NCBI GenBank assembly: GCA_964561865.1
Contig: CAZLRO010000003.1
Span: 1-33,735, forward strand
Direction: 5' to 3'
DNA: 33,735 nt
From: an uncultured Rhodothermaceae bacterium
GTDB lineage: Bacteria > Bacteroidota > Rhodothermia > Rhodothermales > CAZLRO01
The notes beneath the pieces were generated by a model. It searched no databases, was not told the DNA's origin, and worked only from the letters and a program-made list of their open reading frames with translations. Positions 25,385 through 33,735 of the stretch are shown here, in pieces. The position numbers and the translations under genes were made by a program. Position 1 is the first letter of the stretch; each line of letters opens with the position of its first letter.

Positions 25385-26284
25385 TCACCAAGGCAGCACC
25401 CGGTGCGTCAGGTCGCGCAGGTGTCGGACCCAGGTGTACCAGCCTTCAAGCTTGGCGGCGAGGGTGGCCCCGGTGTCCTGTTCTACCACCTCCAGCCGCC
25501 CCCAGCCGAACGGGTTTTCCTGGGGATGCACCAGGGCTGTTGTCGTCAGTAGCGCACAGGGGGCACCGGAGCGCTGGACGACCTCGATGAGTCGGTCGTT
25601 GACATACCCCAACCCCCGGTCGCCAAACGGAAACGCGAAGAGCGGGCCGGTACGGCCCAGATGGGACTGGAGTGCGTCGAAGCACTGGGTGAGGTCGGCC
25701 TCGAAGGCCACAGGGTCATCCCGCAAATCCCGGTGCGTATGGGTATGCGCCCCGATTTCGATGAGGCCCGCAGCCTCCATCACCCGGCATTCCTCCCACG
25801 TGAGCGAACGCCAAGCCTCAGACGGAGTGCGGGTATGGTAGCGCATTCCCCAGAAATCGAAGGGCATCGGGACTTCGGTATCGACGTAGCCAGTGACGAC
25901 GAACACGGTCGCGGGCACCTGTAAGTCTTGCAGGATCGGCCAGGCATGGACGAACAGGCTGGCAAAACCATCATCAAACGTCAGCACGACGGCTTTCTCT
26001 GGGAGAGGGTATCCCTGTTCAAGTCGGCTGAGCACGTCCCGCAACGCCAGAAACGTGTAGCCGCGTTCCAGCAGCCCTTCCAGTTGCCGCCGGAAGGCCG
26101 AAGGGATGACGTTCAGTCCCGGTGCCGGTATCCCCGGCAGATGAGGCATGATGCGGTGGTAGAACAGGATGCCAAGCGTCGCCGTGGCCCGGCTACCCAG
26201 CAAGGCATGCAGCCCGGCTCCCAGGTGCCCGCTGGTCGCTTTGACCCGATTCGCCAGTTGATGCCGAAAATCCGAGACGTGCAT
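25385..26284 (-). CDS. polysaccharide deacetylase family protein (NodB homology domain)
   Basis: The sequence has VVLTFDDGFASLF (TFDDG motif), IGAHTHTHRDL (His motif) and FAFPFGD. Confidence 0.85.
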   Translation of the reverse strand: MHVSDFRHQLANRVKATSGHLGAGLHALLGSRATATLGILFYHRIMPHLPGIPAPGLNVIPSAFRRQLEGLLERGYTFLALRDVLSRLEQGYPLPEKAVVLTFDDGFASLFVHAWPILQDLQVPATVFVVTGYVDTEVPMPFDFWGMRYHTRTPSEAWRSLTWEECRVMEAAGLIEIGAHTHTHRDLRDDPVAFEADLTQCFDALQSHLGRTGPLFAFPFGDRGLGYVNDRLIEVVQRSGAPCALLTTTALVHPQENPFGWGRLEVVEQDTGATLAAKLEGWYTWVRHLRDLTHRVLPW

Positions 26285-26316
26285 TGTTCTCCCTCAAAAA
26301 CACCCCTAAAATCCTG

Positions 26317-27138
26317 CTACCGGGCTTCCCCGATATACAGCAGGAACGGACTCCACCAGGGGTGGTTGGGGTCGCGTAGTCCAAACATCAGCCGGAACGC
26401 CGCATTGAACAGGAATTGCATGCGGTTGCGCTGGGCCGTCAACCGTTGCAGGACCGGGTGGGCATCGCCAGCCTTGAACCGGCCCAGGTGGAAGGTACCG
26501 TAGTACCCGCAGTAGCACGTCTGGAGGTCGGGGCGTGCGAAGAGCCGTTCGAACACGGCCAGGTCCATGATCTCCACGTTGTGCTTCTCGTATACCACCC
26601 GGTTGAACCGCCGCAGCCAGTGGCCGTAAATGCCGCGAAAGTTGGGCACCGTCAGGAACAGCCGCCCCCCCGGCTTGAGCAGGTGGACATGCCGGGACAC
26701 AACCGTTTCCACGTCCACAAAATGCTCGATGAACCCGCGCGACACCACCACGTCGTACTGCCCGGCGTTTCGGGAAAGCCATTCGTCGTCGAAGAAGTCG
26801 CCCTGCACGATGTGGTCCGGGTCCAGGCCGTAGGCTCGAAAATACGCCCGGTTCATCGCCACGCCCGGCTCGGAATACTCAATGCCCCAGGGGTCCAGGC
26901 CAAACCGCTGGTGGAGCTGGACGAGGTAGTACCCCGGCGCACTGCCGATTTCCAGCACCTTGCGGCCTTCTCCACGCGGCATCCACGCTTCAAAGTGCTG
27001 GTTCCAGATCACATATTCGTCGTAGTTGCGTGTGAAGGCACGGAGCGTCCGACGCGGATCGCCCGGAACCGGCACCTTCGGCACCTGCTTCGGGTCGTAC
27101 CGGGCGTCCCAGAAGGCTTTTTCGGCAAGCGATTCCAT
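26317..27138 (-). CDS. class I SAM-dependent methyltransferase
   Basis: Motif I is KVLEIGSAPGYY. The post-I acidic residue is GIEYS. Motif II/III is YDVVVSRGFIEH...LLKPGGRLFLTVPN. Confidence 0.8.
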   Translation of the reverse strand: MESLAEKAFWDARYDPKQVPKVPVPGDPRRTLRAFTRNYDEYVIWNQHFEAWMPRGEGRKVLEIGSAPGYYLVQLHQRFGLDPWGIEYSEPGVAMNRAYFRAYGLDPDHIVQGDFFDDEWLSRNAGQYDVVVSRGFIEHFVDVETVVSRHVHLLKPGGRLFLTVPNFRGIYGHWLRRFNRVVYEKHNVEIMDLAVFERLFARPDLQTCYCGYYGTFHLGRFKAGDAHPVLQRLTAQRNRMQFLFNAAFRLMFGLRDPNHPWWSPFLLYIGEAR

Positions 27139-27149
27139 CGGGCTACAGG

Positions 27150-28076
27150 CTATAGGGTTTCCGGCACAACCGGGAGCGCACTACCCACCCGGTGTTGCTC
27201 CACCTGGGCGGAGACAGCCTCCCATTGCTGGACTACCTCCGGCGAGACGGGGCGTGCCCGGTGGCGCAGGAGGTGGTAGTGCAGCCCGGTGCCGATTGCC
27301 AGCGTATCGACGGCGGCCTTGGCGGCCTGCTCGAACACCCCCAGGGCCAGGCGCAGGTCCCGCTGTACCCGCGTCTCCCGCAGCAGCACCTTGCAGTAAT
27401 GGTAACGGGCCTTAAGGATCTTGTCGAGCCGCAGCTCATCCACCCGATAGCCATAGAGGATGTCGGGCAGGCGGGCGAAGCGGCTGTGGCGGTAGGCCCG
27501 CAGCATCAGGTCGTCGTCCTCGGTCCGCTGCACGTCCGGGCGGTAGCGAAAGTGCTGGAACCATCCGAGGTGCCCCATCCAGGTGGCGTGGTTGAAATGA
27601 AAACCGGCCCAGGGGCGGCGCACAATGTCCTCGTGGCGATCTCCCCGCAGCGTCTCGCCACCGCTGACGGTCCCATCACTGCGGAAGACGAGCAGGTGGG
27701 TGCTGACCACATCCACCTCCGGGTGTGCCTGCAAGAACGCCACCTGCCGGGCGAACCGCTCCGGGTAGGCGATGTCGTCGCCATCCATGCGGGCGAACAG
27801 GGTACCCTGTGCCGCATCGATGGTCTGGTTGAGGCGGGCGGGCAGGCCCTGGTTCCGCCCATCGGCAAACAGCCGGATGCGCGGGTCGTGCAGGCGCTGG
27901 ACCCGTTTGAGGGTGTCGTCCTGTGAGCCGTCGTCCACCAGCAGCAGTTCCCAGTGGGGATAGGTCTGGGCCTGCAACGAGGCCACCGCCGCCTCGATGA
28001 ACGGGCCGCAGTTGTACACCGGCATCCCGATGCTGATGAGGGGCTGGCGTTTCTGTAACGCGGGCTTCAGGTACAT
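27150..28076 (-). CDS. glycosyltransferase family 2
   Basis: ATG 28076 is preceded by GGAGGAGGT. The sequence reads ISIGMPVYNCGPFIEAAVASLQAQTYPHWELLLVDDGSQDDT...ARMDGDDIAYPERF (DxD). The 75-codon N-terminal extension in the track was trimmed. Confidence 0.85.
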   Translation of the reverse strand: MYLKPALQKRQPLISIGMPVYNCGPFIEAAVASLQAQTYPHWELLLVDDGSQDDTLKRVQRLHDPRIRLFADGRNQGLPARLNQTIDAAQGTLFARMDGDDIAYPERFARQVAFLQAHPEVDVVSTHLLVFRSDGTVSGGETLRGDRHEDIVRRPWAGFHFNHATWMGHLGWFQHFRYRPDVQRTEDDDLMLRAYRHSRFARLPDILYGYRVDELRLDKILKARYHYCKVLLRETRVQRDLRLALGVFEQAAKAAVDTLAIGTGLHYHLLRHRARPVSPEVVQQWEAVSAQVEQHRVGSALPVVPETL

Positions 28077-29380
28077 ACCTCCTCCATGGGCAGGATCGAA
28101 GAGACAAGAGCAGACGGTCGGGCCACGCGGCCCGTAGCCTGGTCCAGCAGGCCGGCCAGTTGGCGGGTGGTAGCTTCGCGGGCAAAACGGGCGATCTTCT
28201 CCGCATCGGTGCTCGTCTGCAGGCCCCCCTGCGCTTTCAGGTGCAGCAGTTCGGCCAGGGTTGCCGTCAGGGCCGCCTGGTCGCCTTCGCGGATGCACCA
28301 CCGCACCCCCACCTCCTGCGCCAGGTCGAGGGCAGCCCCCTCGCCCGTCCAGAGCAGGATGGGACGGCGGGCACGCAGGTATTCGAAGATCTTGCCGGTG
28401 AGGGCCGCCGGGATGTTGGTGCCGGGGATCACCAGCAGCACGTCGGCACGGGCCATTTCTGCCACCGCCTCCCGATGCGGCACCTGCGGGTGTACCCGTA
28501 CCATCTCGCCCAGCCCAGCGGCCTCAATCAGCCGCAACTGTCCCGGCTCGATCAGGCCATACTGTTCCAACCGTACCTTCCGGGAGAGGTCAGGGTCGCG
28601 CGCACGCAGTTCCCGCAGCCCCTCCAGCACCGGGCCGATGGACCGAAAATCGCCGAGCCAGCCCAGGTGTACAATGCGCAGCGGTCCCTCAGGCGAGACG
28701 GGCGCGGCCTCCAGCGGGACCTGAGCGAAGTCCGCCTCGTCATATCCGTTGGGCAGGACGTGGACGGGCACGCCGAAGTGCTCTTGCAACAGCAGGCTAC
28801 GCCAGCTCACCACGGTGACGGCTGCGGCCCTTCGCACAACATACCGACAACAGGCGTTCAGCAGCGTCCGGTTGAGCCACGAGCGGCCTTCAAACAGGTG
28901 TCGGGCCTGCCAGTCGTCGCGCACGTCCACGAGATGCGGCACGCCCAGCTTCCGCGCCAGCCAGTGTCCGAAGAGCATCATCGTATACGGCGCACTGGTG
29001 GAGACAACGGCATGAATCTCCTTGCCCCGCAAGGCTTTCAGGGATTCCTTTCGGAAGCTGGGCCACCAGGTGATCTGCCGTTCGAGCGGGAGGAAGTGTT
29101 TCAGGAACGCCAGCCGGGAGAGCCAGCCGGGATTCTGCCCGCCGATGACGCTCGGCCCTGCCTCGGCTACGCGGATCCCCCCCCCAAACGCCCGCTCCGG
29201 CGACGGGATGAAGGTGATATCCCCCTCGGCCAGACGAGGGTGCTCTTCCGGCGGCGAGGCCGTCAGCACGTGGGGCTTCCAGCCATACCCAGGCAAGTGC
29301 TCAGCCATCTTGATCAGCCGCACCGATCCCCCCATGATCCTTGTCGAGAAATCGTAGGTCAGCAGAACAACATTCATCAT
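28067..29380 (-). CDS. glycosyltransferase family 4 (GT-B fold)
   Basis: ATG 29380 overlaps the upstream stop as ATGA. The sequence reads MMNVVLLTYDFSTRIMGGSVRLIKMAEHL...VVSTSAPYT...HLVDVRDDW...VLPNGYD...GKIFEYLRARRPIL, a typical GT4 N- and C-domain layout. The 3' end overlaps the GT2 start by 10 nt. Confidence 0.8.
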   Translation of the reverse strand: MMNVVLLTYDFSTRIMGGSVRLIKMAEHLPGYGWKPHVLTASPPEEHPRLAEGDITFIPSPERAFGGGIRVAEAGPSVIGGQNPGWLSRLAFLKHFLPLERQITWWPSFRKESLKALRGKEIHAVVSTSAPYTMMLFGHWLARKLGVPHLVDVRDDWQARHLFEGRSWLNRTLLNACCRYVVRRAAAVTVVSWRSLLLQEHFGVPVHVLPNGYDEADFAQVPLEAAPVSPEGPLRIVHLGWLGDFRSIGPVLEGLRELRARDPDLSRKVRLEQYGLIEPGQLRLIEAAGLGEMVRVHPQVPHREAVAEMARADVLLVIPGTNIPAALTGKIFEYLRARRPILLWTGEGAALDLAQEVGVRWCIREGDQAALTATLAELLHLKAQGGLQTSTDAEKIARFAREATTRQLAGLLDQATGRVARPSALVSSILPMEEVCT

Positions 29381-30969
29381 TTGGATCTTGGATTGCGGAT
29401 TGAAGGCTGTTCCAAAGGCTCTACCGAGCGCTCCTTCTGGACAGGAAGGGTTGAGGTGGTCGATCGACTCAGCTTTCCCTTTCCCATCCGCCGCTGGGCT
29501 TCCCGCAGCAGCAGCACTGCCAGCCAGGGGGTGAGCGCATACCAGAGCAACGGACGGCTGAGGCTGATCATCTCCCCCCGGACATAGAACAGGAGCGCAG
29601 GCATGAACGCGGCGACCAGGGCATAACGGGCCGGATCGGGGGACTGCCCGGCCCAGCGCAGGAAGCCGACCACCAGCCCCCCCACTACGGCCAGGGCCAG
29701 CGGTGCCCCCAACCCGCCGAAGTTGGCGTAGGCTTCCGCGATGAACGAGTAGCCAAAGCCGAAACCGTTGGCCGCCCAAAGGGGCTTCACCTGCCAAGCC
29801 AGCCAAGTGGACCAGTCCCCGTAGATGTTGGGCATATCCACCACCGGGACGGCGTTGAGCCAGGCCCGCAGGTAGCCCATACCCCCCTCAAAAGGGCGTA
29901 CCGATGGTACCAGGTCCAGAGTGTACCCAATGGTGAGTATAGTCCCTCCCATCTCGCCGAGCAGCGCCAGCACCGGGTTCTCGACCGAAGTATAGGCATC
30001 CCACACCACCGATGGGGAGAGGCGGGCACTGCCTTCGAGGTTGCGCACATGCCGGACCAGCGGGGCGACAAACAGGAACAGTCCCAGCCCCGCCAGCGAG
30101 AATGGCACCAGCGGCAGCGGACGGATGCAGCGGTGTCTCAGCCAGGCATACGCTACCAACGGCAACAGGGCATAGGCCCGATACCCCATGAACAGGTAGG
30201 CGCTCGCATAGCCTATCACCAGCACCAGCGACACGGCACGCCCGATCCATCGTTCCTGACTGCCCGCTAGTAGATAGAACACCCCCGGCAGGAAAAACGA
30301 GGAAAGCAGCCCAGAGAGGGTGTTGCCGGCATCCCCGTCGATGCTCGCCCCCTGAAACAACCCCTTGTACCCCGTGCTCATCACCACTGCGAGGGAAGAC
30401 CGGATCTCCTGTACCATCGGCACGAAGGCCACGGCGATCAGCAGCCAGCCTACCAGGTACACGGTGCCCGTCTCGGTCTCTGCTGGTGTGCCCAGGTGGT
30501 ACGAAGCCGGGTGCGGCCAGAAGACCTCGCAGAGCAGCGCCCCCAGGTGCAGGAACGCGAACCCGAACAGCACCAGCGCCAGGGTCAGGTAGAGGGTGGC
30601 CGGGGTGAAGTCTCCCAGCAAGGTCATCTGCTGTTCCTGGTGCAACAGATGCAGCACCGCATAGCCCCCGTGGAACGGCATGGCCGCCATCAGGAACAGC
30701 CCATAGGGGTTGAAGAGCGTCCCACTGGCAAGAGACCATGAGACGAGCATCCAGGCAAACAGCCCCAGCAACGCCCCGCTGAACGGCGTCAGCATGGTGT
30801 CGGGGTCCGGGGGGGCAGCCCCGTAGTAGAACGCCACAGCCAGCATGAACAGCAGCACCACCGCGTGCCCCAGGAGCAGGAGCGGGCCAGCCGCCGAGGC
30901 CCCGGACAGGGGCACTGCCGCAGGGAGGGCCGGGCGCGGCCAGTGCAATGGCTGTTGCAGCAAGGCCAT
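29377..30969 (-). CDS. polytopic membrane protein, O-antigen/EPS polymerase (Wzy)-like
   Basis: 530 aa with at least 10 hydrophobic helices and one long loop (RNLEGSARLSPSVVWDAYTSVENP...). The segment GFGFGYSFIAEAYANFGGLGAPLAL resembles the conserved C-terminal block of O-antigen polymerase Wzy families. The gene sits between glycosyltransferase genes. The function is assigned from context and weak motif memory. Confidence 0.55.
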   Translation of the reverse strand: MALLQQPLHWPRPALPAAVPLSGASAAGPLLLLGHAVVLLFMLAVAFYYGAAPPDPDTMLTPFSGALLGLFAWMLVSWSLASGTLFNPYGLFLMAAMPFHGGYAVLHLLHQEQQMTLLGDFTPATLYLTLALVLFGFAFLHLGALLCEVFWPHPASYHLGTPAETETGTVYLVGWLLIAVAFVPMVQEIRSSLAVVMSTGYKGLFQGASIDGDAGNTLSGLLSSFFLPGVFYLLAGSQERWIGRAVSLVLVIGYASAYLFMGYRAYALLPLVAYAWLRHRCIRPLPLVPFSLAGLGLFLFVAPLVRHVRNLEGSARLSPSVVWDAYTSVENPVLALLGEMGGTILTIGYTLDLVPSVRPFEGGMGYLRAWLNAVPVVDMPNIYGDWSTWLAWQVKPLWAANGFGFGYSFIAEAYANFGGLGAPLALAVVGGLVVGFLRWAGQSPDPARYALVAAFMPALLFYVRGEMISLSRPLLWYALTPWLAVLLLREAQRRMGKGKLSRSTTSTLPVQKERSVEPLEQPSIRNPRSK

Positions 30970-30970
30970 C

Positions 30971-33184
30971 TTATCCCTCCCTCCCCATACGGTTTAGCAC
31001 CCGCCCGTAGCCTGCCGAGACAGGCAGGGTCTCCTGCACGGCATAGGCTGCTTGGAGGTCGCCAGGCTTGCAGGCGGCAAGGCTGAAGTCGGTGATGCAC
31101 ACCCCGGTAGCGGTAACCTCCACTATGCGGCCCACCTCGCCACCCTGGGGCCGCGTCCAAAGCCCGGCAAAGCCGGTTGGCCCAAAAGCCCGGCAGACCG
31201 CCGGACGCCAGGTGGGGAGGGCAAATGCGGCGTGCGCCGGGGCCGGATGCGCCCCCTCGCCTTCACACCGTGGCACAAAATGCGCCGCCTCCGACCGGTA
31301 CCAGTTGCGTCGTTCCAGCAGAGCGGTGTAGGTGTAGGTGCCGGGGTCCGTGATCCGTGCGGTGCCATCGAGCCAGCATGCTACGGCTAGTTGGTCCTCA
31401 TGGGGATGCCCCACGTTGCCCCGCAGCCGCGCCGGGCCACATCGAATCCCCAGCCAGAGCCGGGGTGAACGGAACAGCCACAGCCCGAACTCCGGGTAAC
31501 AGCGGGCTTGCAGACCCTCTCGAAGGTCACCAGGCAACGCCGAAAGCACCAGTCGGGACCGGCGGTTCTCCGGGAGCGCCGCTATCCGCGCCTGCCAGGC
31601 TTCCAGCGTATCCGGAGCCGCATAGGTGTGGGATGCAGCCGGCGTGGGGCTGGCAAGGAGCGGCCCCACCCAGTCCCGCAGCAAGTGTGTCTCCAGCCGC
31701 TCCGCCGGGGCTTCTGGATTCACCAGGGCCTGCAACAGCGCCTGGGTGGGGCGGTAGTCCAGCAGGTCTTCGTCCCACCAGGGTGCCGTATCGGGCAAGG
31801 CCTCATACGCCGACAGGTTAGCGTAGCGGGCACGCGCCTCGGCCATCGTCCGGCGGTGATAGACGGGCAGCAGCTTGATAAACCGCCCACTGTCGTTGTC
31901 GCCAATCTGGACGATCTGGTGGTCGGGTTGGGATACGTCTCGCAGAAAATCGTACATCCCGCGTAGACGAGCCAGATAGGCTGGAGAGACGATTGGTGCG
32001 TCGGAGGCAAGCCCTTCGAGAGCACGCCGGGCGGCCTCGCGGGGTAACCCCTGCGGATCCAGCCGGGCCATCGCCGCCTTGCGGACGGGGGGCAGGACGG
32101 CGAGGAGTGCTGCCGCCCAGCCCAGCATCTCGGCGCTGAAGGCATGGTAGCAGGTGGAAGCCTCAAAGCCGCTGCCCTCGTCATGGACCTGATAGGACAC
32201 CTCCCGGCGTAACTCGTGCCCGGCAAAGGCCAGCCAGTTGTCCGTCTCCGGGGTGGCGGGCAGATACGCCGCCACGAACAGCAACCCGACGATGTTCGCC
32301 AGGTAGTGGTTGTTGCGCTCGTCGAAATCCCACCACTCCAGATGATCCAGGATGTACCGGCCATGTTCATAGAGGCTGCGGGCCAGCACCTGCTCGAAGG
32401 CCGGGGCGAAGGACGCGCCGGCGGCCTGGAACAGGTCGAACGCCACCGCCAGGTTTGCCGCCCGGATGCCCGCCAGCATGGCCGTGCTCCAGTTGATGCC
32501 GAAGCGGGGCGGGTTCGTCGCCAGGAAGTCCAGCACCTGGTTGCAAAAGGCCCGGCGATACGTCTCCGGCGATGCCAGCCCCGCCCTGCCCTGCCGGGCA
32601 GCACCGAAGGCCAGTGCCAGTTGGGGCAGGTGGTACATCCGTGCCAGCTCCCAGGGCACCTTCACATCCACTCCGGGCAGATGCCCGTAGGTCAGCTCCT
32701 GGGCTGGGGTCGCGGCCTCCCAGCGGTAGCCCGACCGGAAGTCCACCTGCCAGTCTATCGGTACGTGGTCTTCGTCCACCATTCCCCAGAGACGCCGAGC
32801 CTCGGTTCTATTCGCAGGGGTAACCGGCAACCACCTCCCCTCCGCGTCGGGTACCACCGGCGCCGACGGCCCGTATCGGTGGCCTTCCACCCCGGCGAAC
32901 ACCGCGCCGTAGTGGACGGGCACCCAGCCGGAACCCAGCAGGTCGAACCACCCGCGCCGGTACTGCTCCGTCACCCCGGCCAGCACTGCCAGACCGGCTG
33001 CGTCGATCCGGGCGGAGACGTCCGGGAGGTAGCGGGCGAGGAGGCCAGAAGGGAAGGCACGGGCATAGGTAGGAGCCTGGGTATCCCGCCAGCGCCGCCA
33101 GTGCGCACGCAGCCGCCGCCGTACCACGCGGGGCACCTTGTACAGGAGCTGTGCGGGCGTATACCGGGTGATCGGGTGCGACAT
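30971..33184 (-). CDS. heparinase II/III family (alginate-lyase-like toroid plus beta-sandwich) protein
   Basis: 737 aa. The central region reads WELARMYHLPQLALAF...NWSTAMLAGIRAANL...ERNNHYLANIVGLLFVAAYL...EASTCYHAFSAEML, with alpha/alpha-toroid motifs including N-H-Y. The C-terminal part reads NVGHPHEDQLAVACWLDG, the GH.H.D.L block of the Hepar_II_III domain. The stop lies 1 nt from the Wzy-like start. Confidence 0.7.
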   Translation of the reverse strand: MSHPITRYTPAQLLYKVPRVVRRRLRAHWRRWRDTQAPTYARAFPSGLLARYLPDVSARIDAAGLAVLAGVTEQYRRGWFDLLGSGWVPVHYGAVFAGVEGHRYGPSAPVVPDAEGRWLPVTPANRTEARRLWGMVDEDHVPIDWQVDFRSGYRWEAATPAQELTYGHLPGVDVKVPWELARMYHLPQLALAFGAARQGRAGLASPETYRRAFCNQVLDFLATNPPRFGINWSTAMLAGIRAANLAVAFDLFQAAGASFAPAFEQVLARSLYEHGRYILDHLEWWDFDERNNHYLANIVGLLFVAAYLPATPETDNWLAFAGHELRREVSYQVHDEGSGFEASTCYHAFSAEMLGWAAALLAVLPPVRKAAMARLDPQGLPREAARRALEGLASDAPIVSPAYLARLRGMYDFLRDVSQPDHQIVQIGDNDSGRFIKLLPVYHRRTMAEARARYANLSAYEALPDTAPWWDEDLLDYRPTQALLQALVNPEAPAERLETHLLRDWVGPLLASPTPAASHTYAAPDTLEAWQARIAALPENRRSRLVLSALPGDLREGLQARCYPEFGLWLFRSPRLWLGIRCGPARLRGNVGHPHEDQLAVACWLDGTARITDPGTYTYTALLERRNWYRSEAAHFVPRCEGEGAHPAPAHAAFALPTWRPAVCRAFGPTGFAGLWTRPQGGEVGRIVEVTATGVCITDFSLAACKPGDLQAAYAVQETLPVSAGYGRVLNRMGREG

Positions 33185-33233
33185 GCGGGGATAGCTGTTA
33201 GCCTGTAGCTGGTGGAGGCCTGGTCTCTGGGTA

Positions 33234-33275
33234 AAATCCGTAATCCGAGATCTGCATTCCGCAATCCCAAATCAA
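33234..33275. repeat. degenerate heptamer array (consensus NAATCCG, six units)
   Basis: The plus strand reads AAATCCG TAATCCG AGATCTG CATTCCG CAATCCC AAATCAA, in the 290-bp divergent region between the heparinase-like gene and the + strand glycosyltransferase. A related triplet CAATCCG CAATCCA AGATCCA occurs on the minus strand at 29382..29402. Confidence 0.55.
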
Positions 33276-33474
33276 CAAAGACGCTGACAGATTTGGTGCC
33301 GGATTCGCAGGGAGAGGGAGGATCCGCCACCGTCCGCCCCGTTTCTTGACGATTAATCCCTATTTTTTGCAGCGGCATAATTTATGCACCACCGGCCCCA
33401 ACCCAACAACGCAATGCTGGGCGTCTCATTTTGACCCTTCTGCCCCGGATCGAATCCATAAACGAAACAGACGC

Positions 33475-33735
33475 ATGGCGGCTCCTCCTAAGGCGCGGGT
33501 CTATATAATTGGCACCTGGCCGCCCCCGTTTGGCGGGGTCTCTGTCTTCGTGCAACGGCGGGTGGCCCAGTTGCGCCAGGAAGGACGCCCCCCAGTAGTA
33601 CGGGACTGGCAACGCCTCGGCCTGCTGGCCCGGCTGGGCTGGCTGCTCGAAATCCTGCTCTCCCCCCCTTCAGCGGTGTTCGAACTGAACGGGTTCGAGA
33701 CCCAGGCTATGCTGGCATTGCTGCTGCGCCCCTTC
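33475..33735 (+). CDS. glycosyltransferase (GT4-like), partial; continues beyond the right window edge
   Basis: Not in the ORF track because it has no stop in the window. My own translation from ATG 33475 gives MAAPPKARVYIIGTWPPPFGGVSVFVQRRVAQLRQEGRPPVVRDWQRLGLLARLGWLLEILLSPPSAVFELNGFETQAMLALLLRPF. The YIIG.WPPP.GGVS.F block is characteristic of the N-termini of a GT4 subfamily. Confidence 0.6.
   Translation, partial: MAAPPKARVYIIGTWPPPFGGVSVFVQRRVAQLRQEGRPPVVRDWQRLGLLARLGWLLEILLSPPSAVFELNGFETQAMLALLLRPF

Noticed and set aside
33441-33462. tRNA T-loop-like GGATCGAATCC (and gcgggttcgagatgg at about 5490)
   Set aside because: The flanks have no complementary T-stem, acceptor stem or anticodon arm. 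These are isolated chance matches.
1-33735. Mobile elements, prophage, defence islands
   Set aside because: I could not recognise a transposase, integrase, recombinase (other than recA), restriction-modification, Cas, abortive-infection or phage structural signature in any frame. The only selfish-element-like content is the degraded DUF433/DUF5615 pair and the small repeats.

Overview
GC-rich bacterial chromosomal segment. It most likely comes from the Bacteroidota/Rhodothermota (FCB) lineage, because it carries a T9SS C-terminal sorting domain, CarboxypepD_reg/DUF5686 envelope proteins and a choice-of-anchor B protein. All family calls rest on motif recognition in the translations; no searches were run. 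I count 29 CDS plus one frameshifted gene, densely packed. I found no rRNA, tRNA, CRISPR array, transposase or integrase.

Gene content by region:
- Left and centre are mostly housekeeping: DAHP synthase, pgm, ppgK, recA, cinA, pyrE, pgsA, dnaK.
- Mixed in are envelope proteins, a DUF433/DUF5615 toxin-antitoxin-like pair and an orphan RuBisCO-like protein.
- The right third (25.4-33.7 kb) is a tightly coupled Wzy-type polysaccharide operon with a divergent glycosyltransferase.

I cannot demonstrate a complete new multi-gene system. The signals the gene models do not explain are:
1. A family of AT-rich 19-bp palindromes, TAT(A/C)GTCA-N3-TGACTATA, with five copies at three intergenic loci. One locus is a tandem pair in the divergent pgm/ppgK control region.
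2. Two copies of a ~100-130 bp hairpin-rich repeat filling the 433-bp gap downstream of pgm.
3. A short RuBisCO-like protein with a KDDH motif instead of KDDE, starting 2 nt after the stop of a DUF4349 lipoprotein gene.
4. A DUF5615 PIN-like gene broken at a G4 run.
5. A degenerate NAATCCG heptamer array in the polysaccharide cluster control region.

Many long ORFs in the supplied track are antisense shadow ORFs typical of GC-rich DNA and were discarded.
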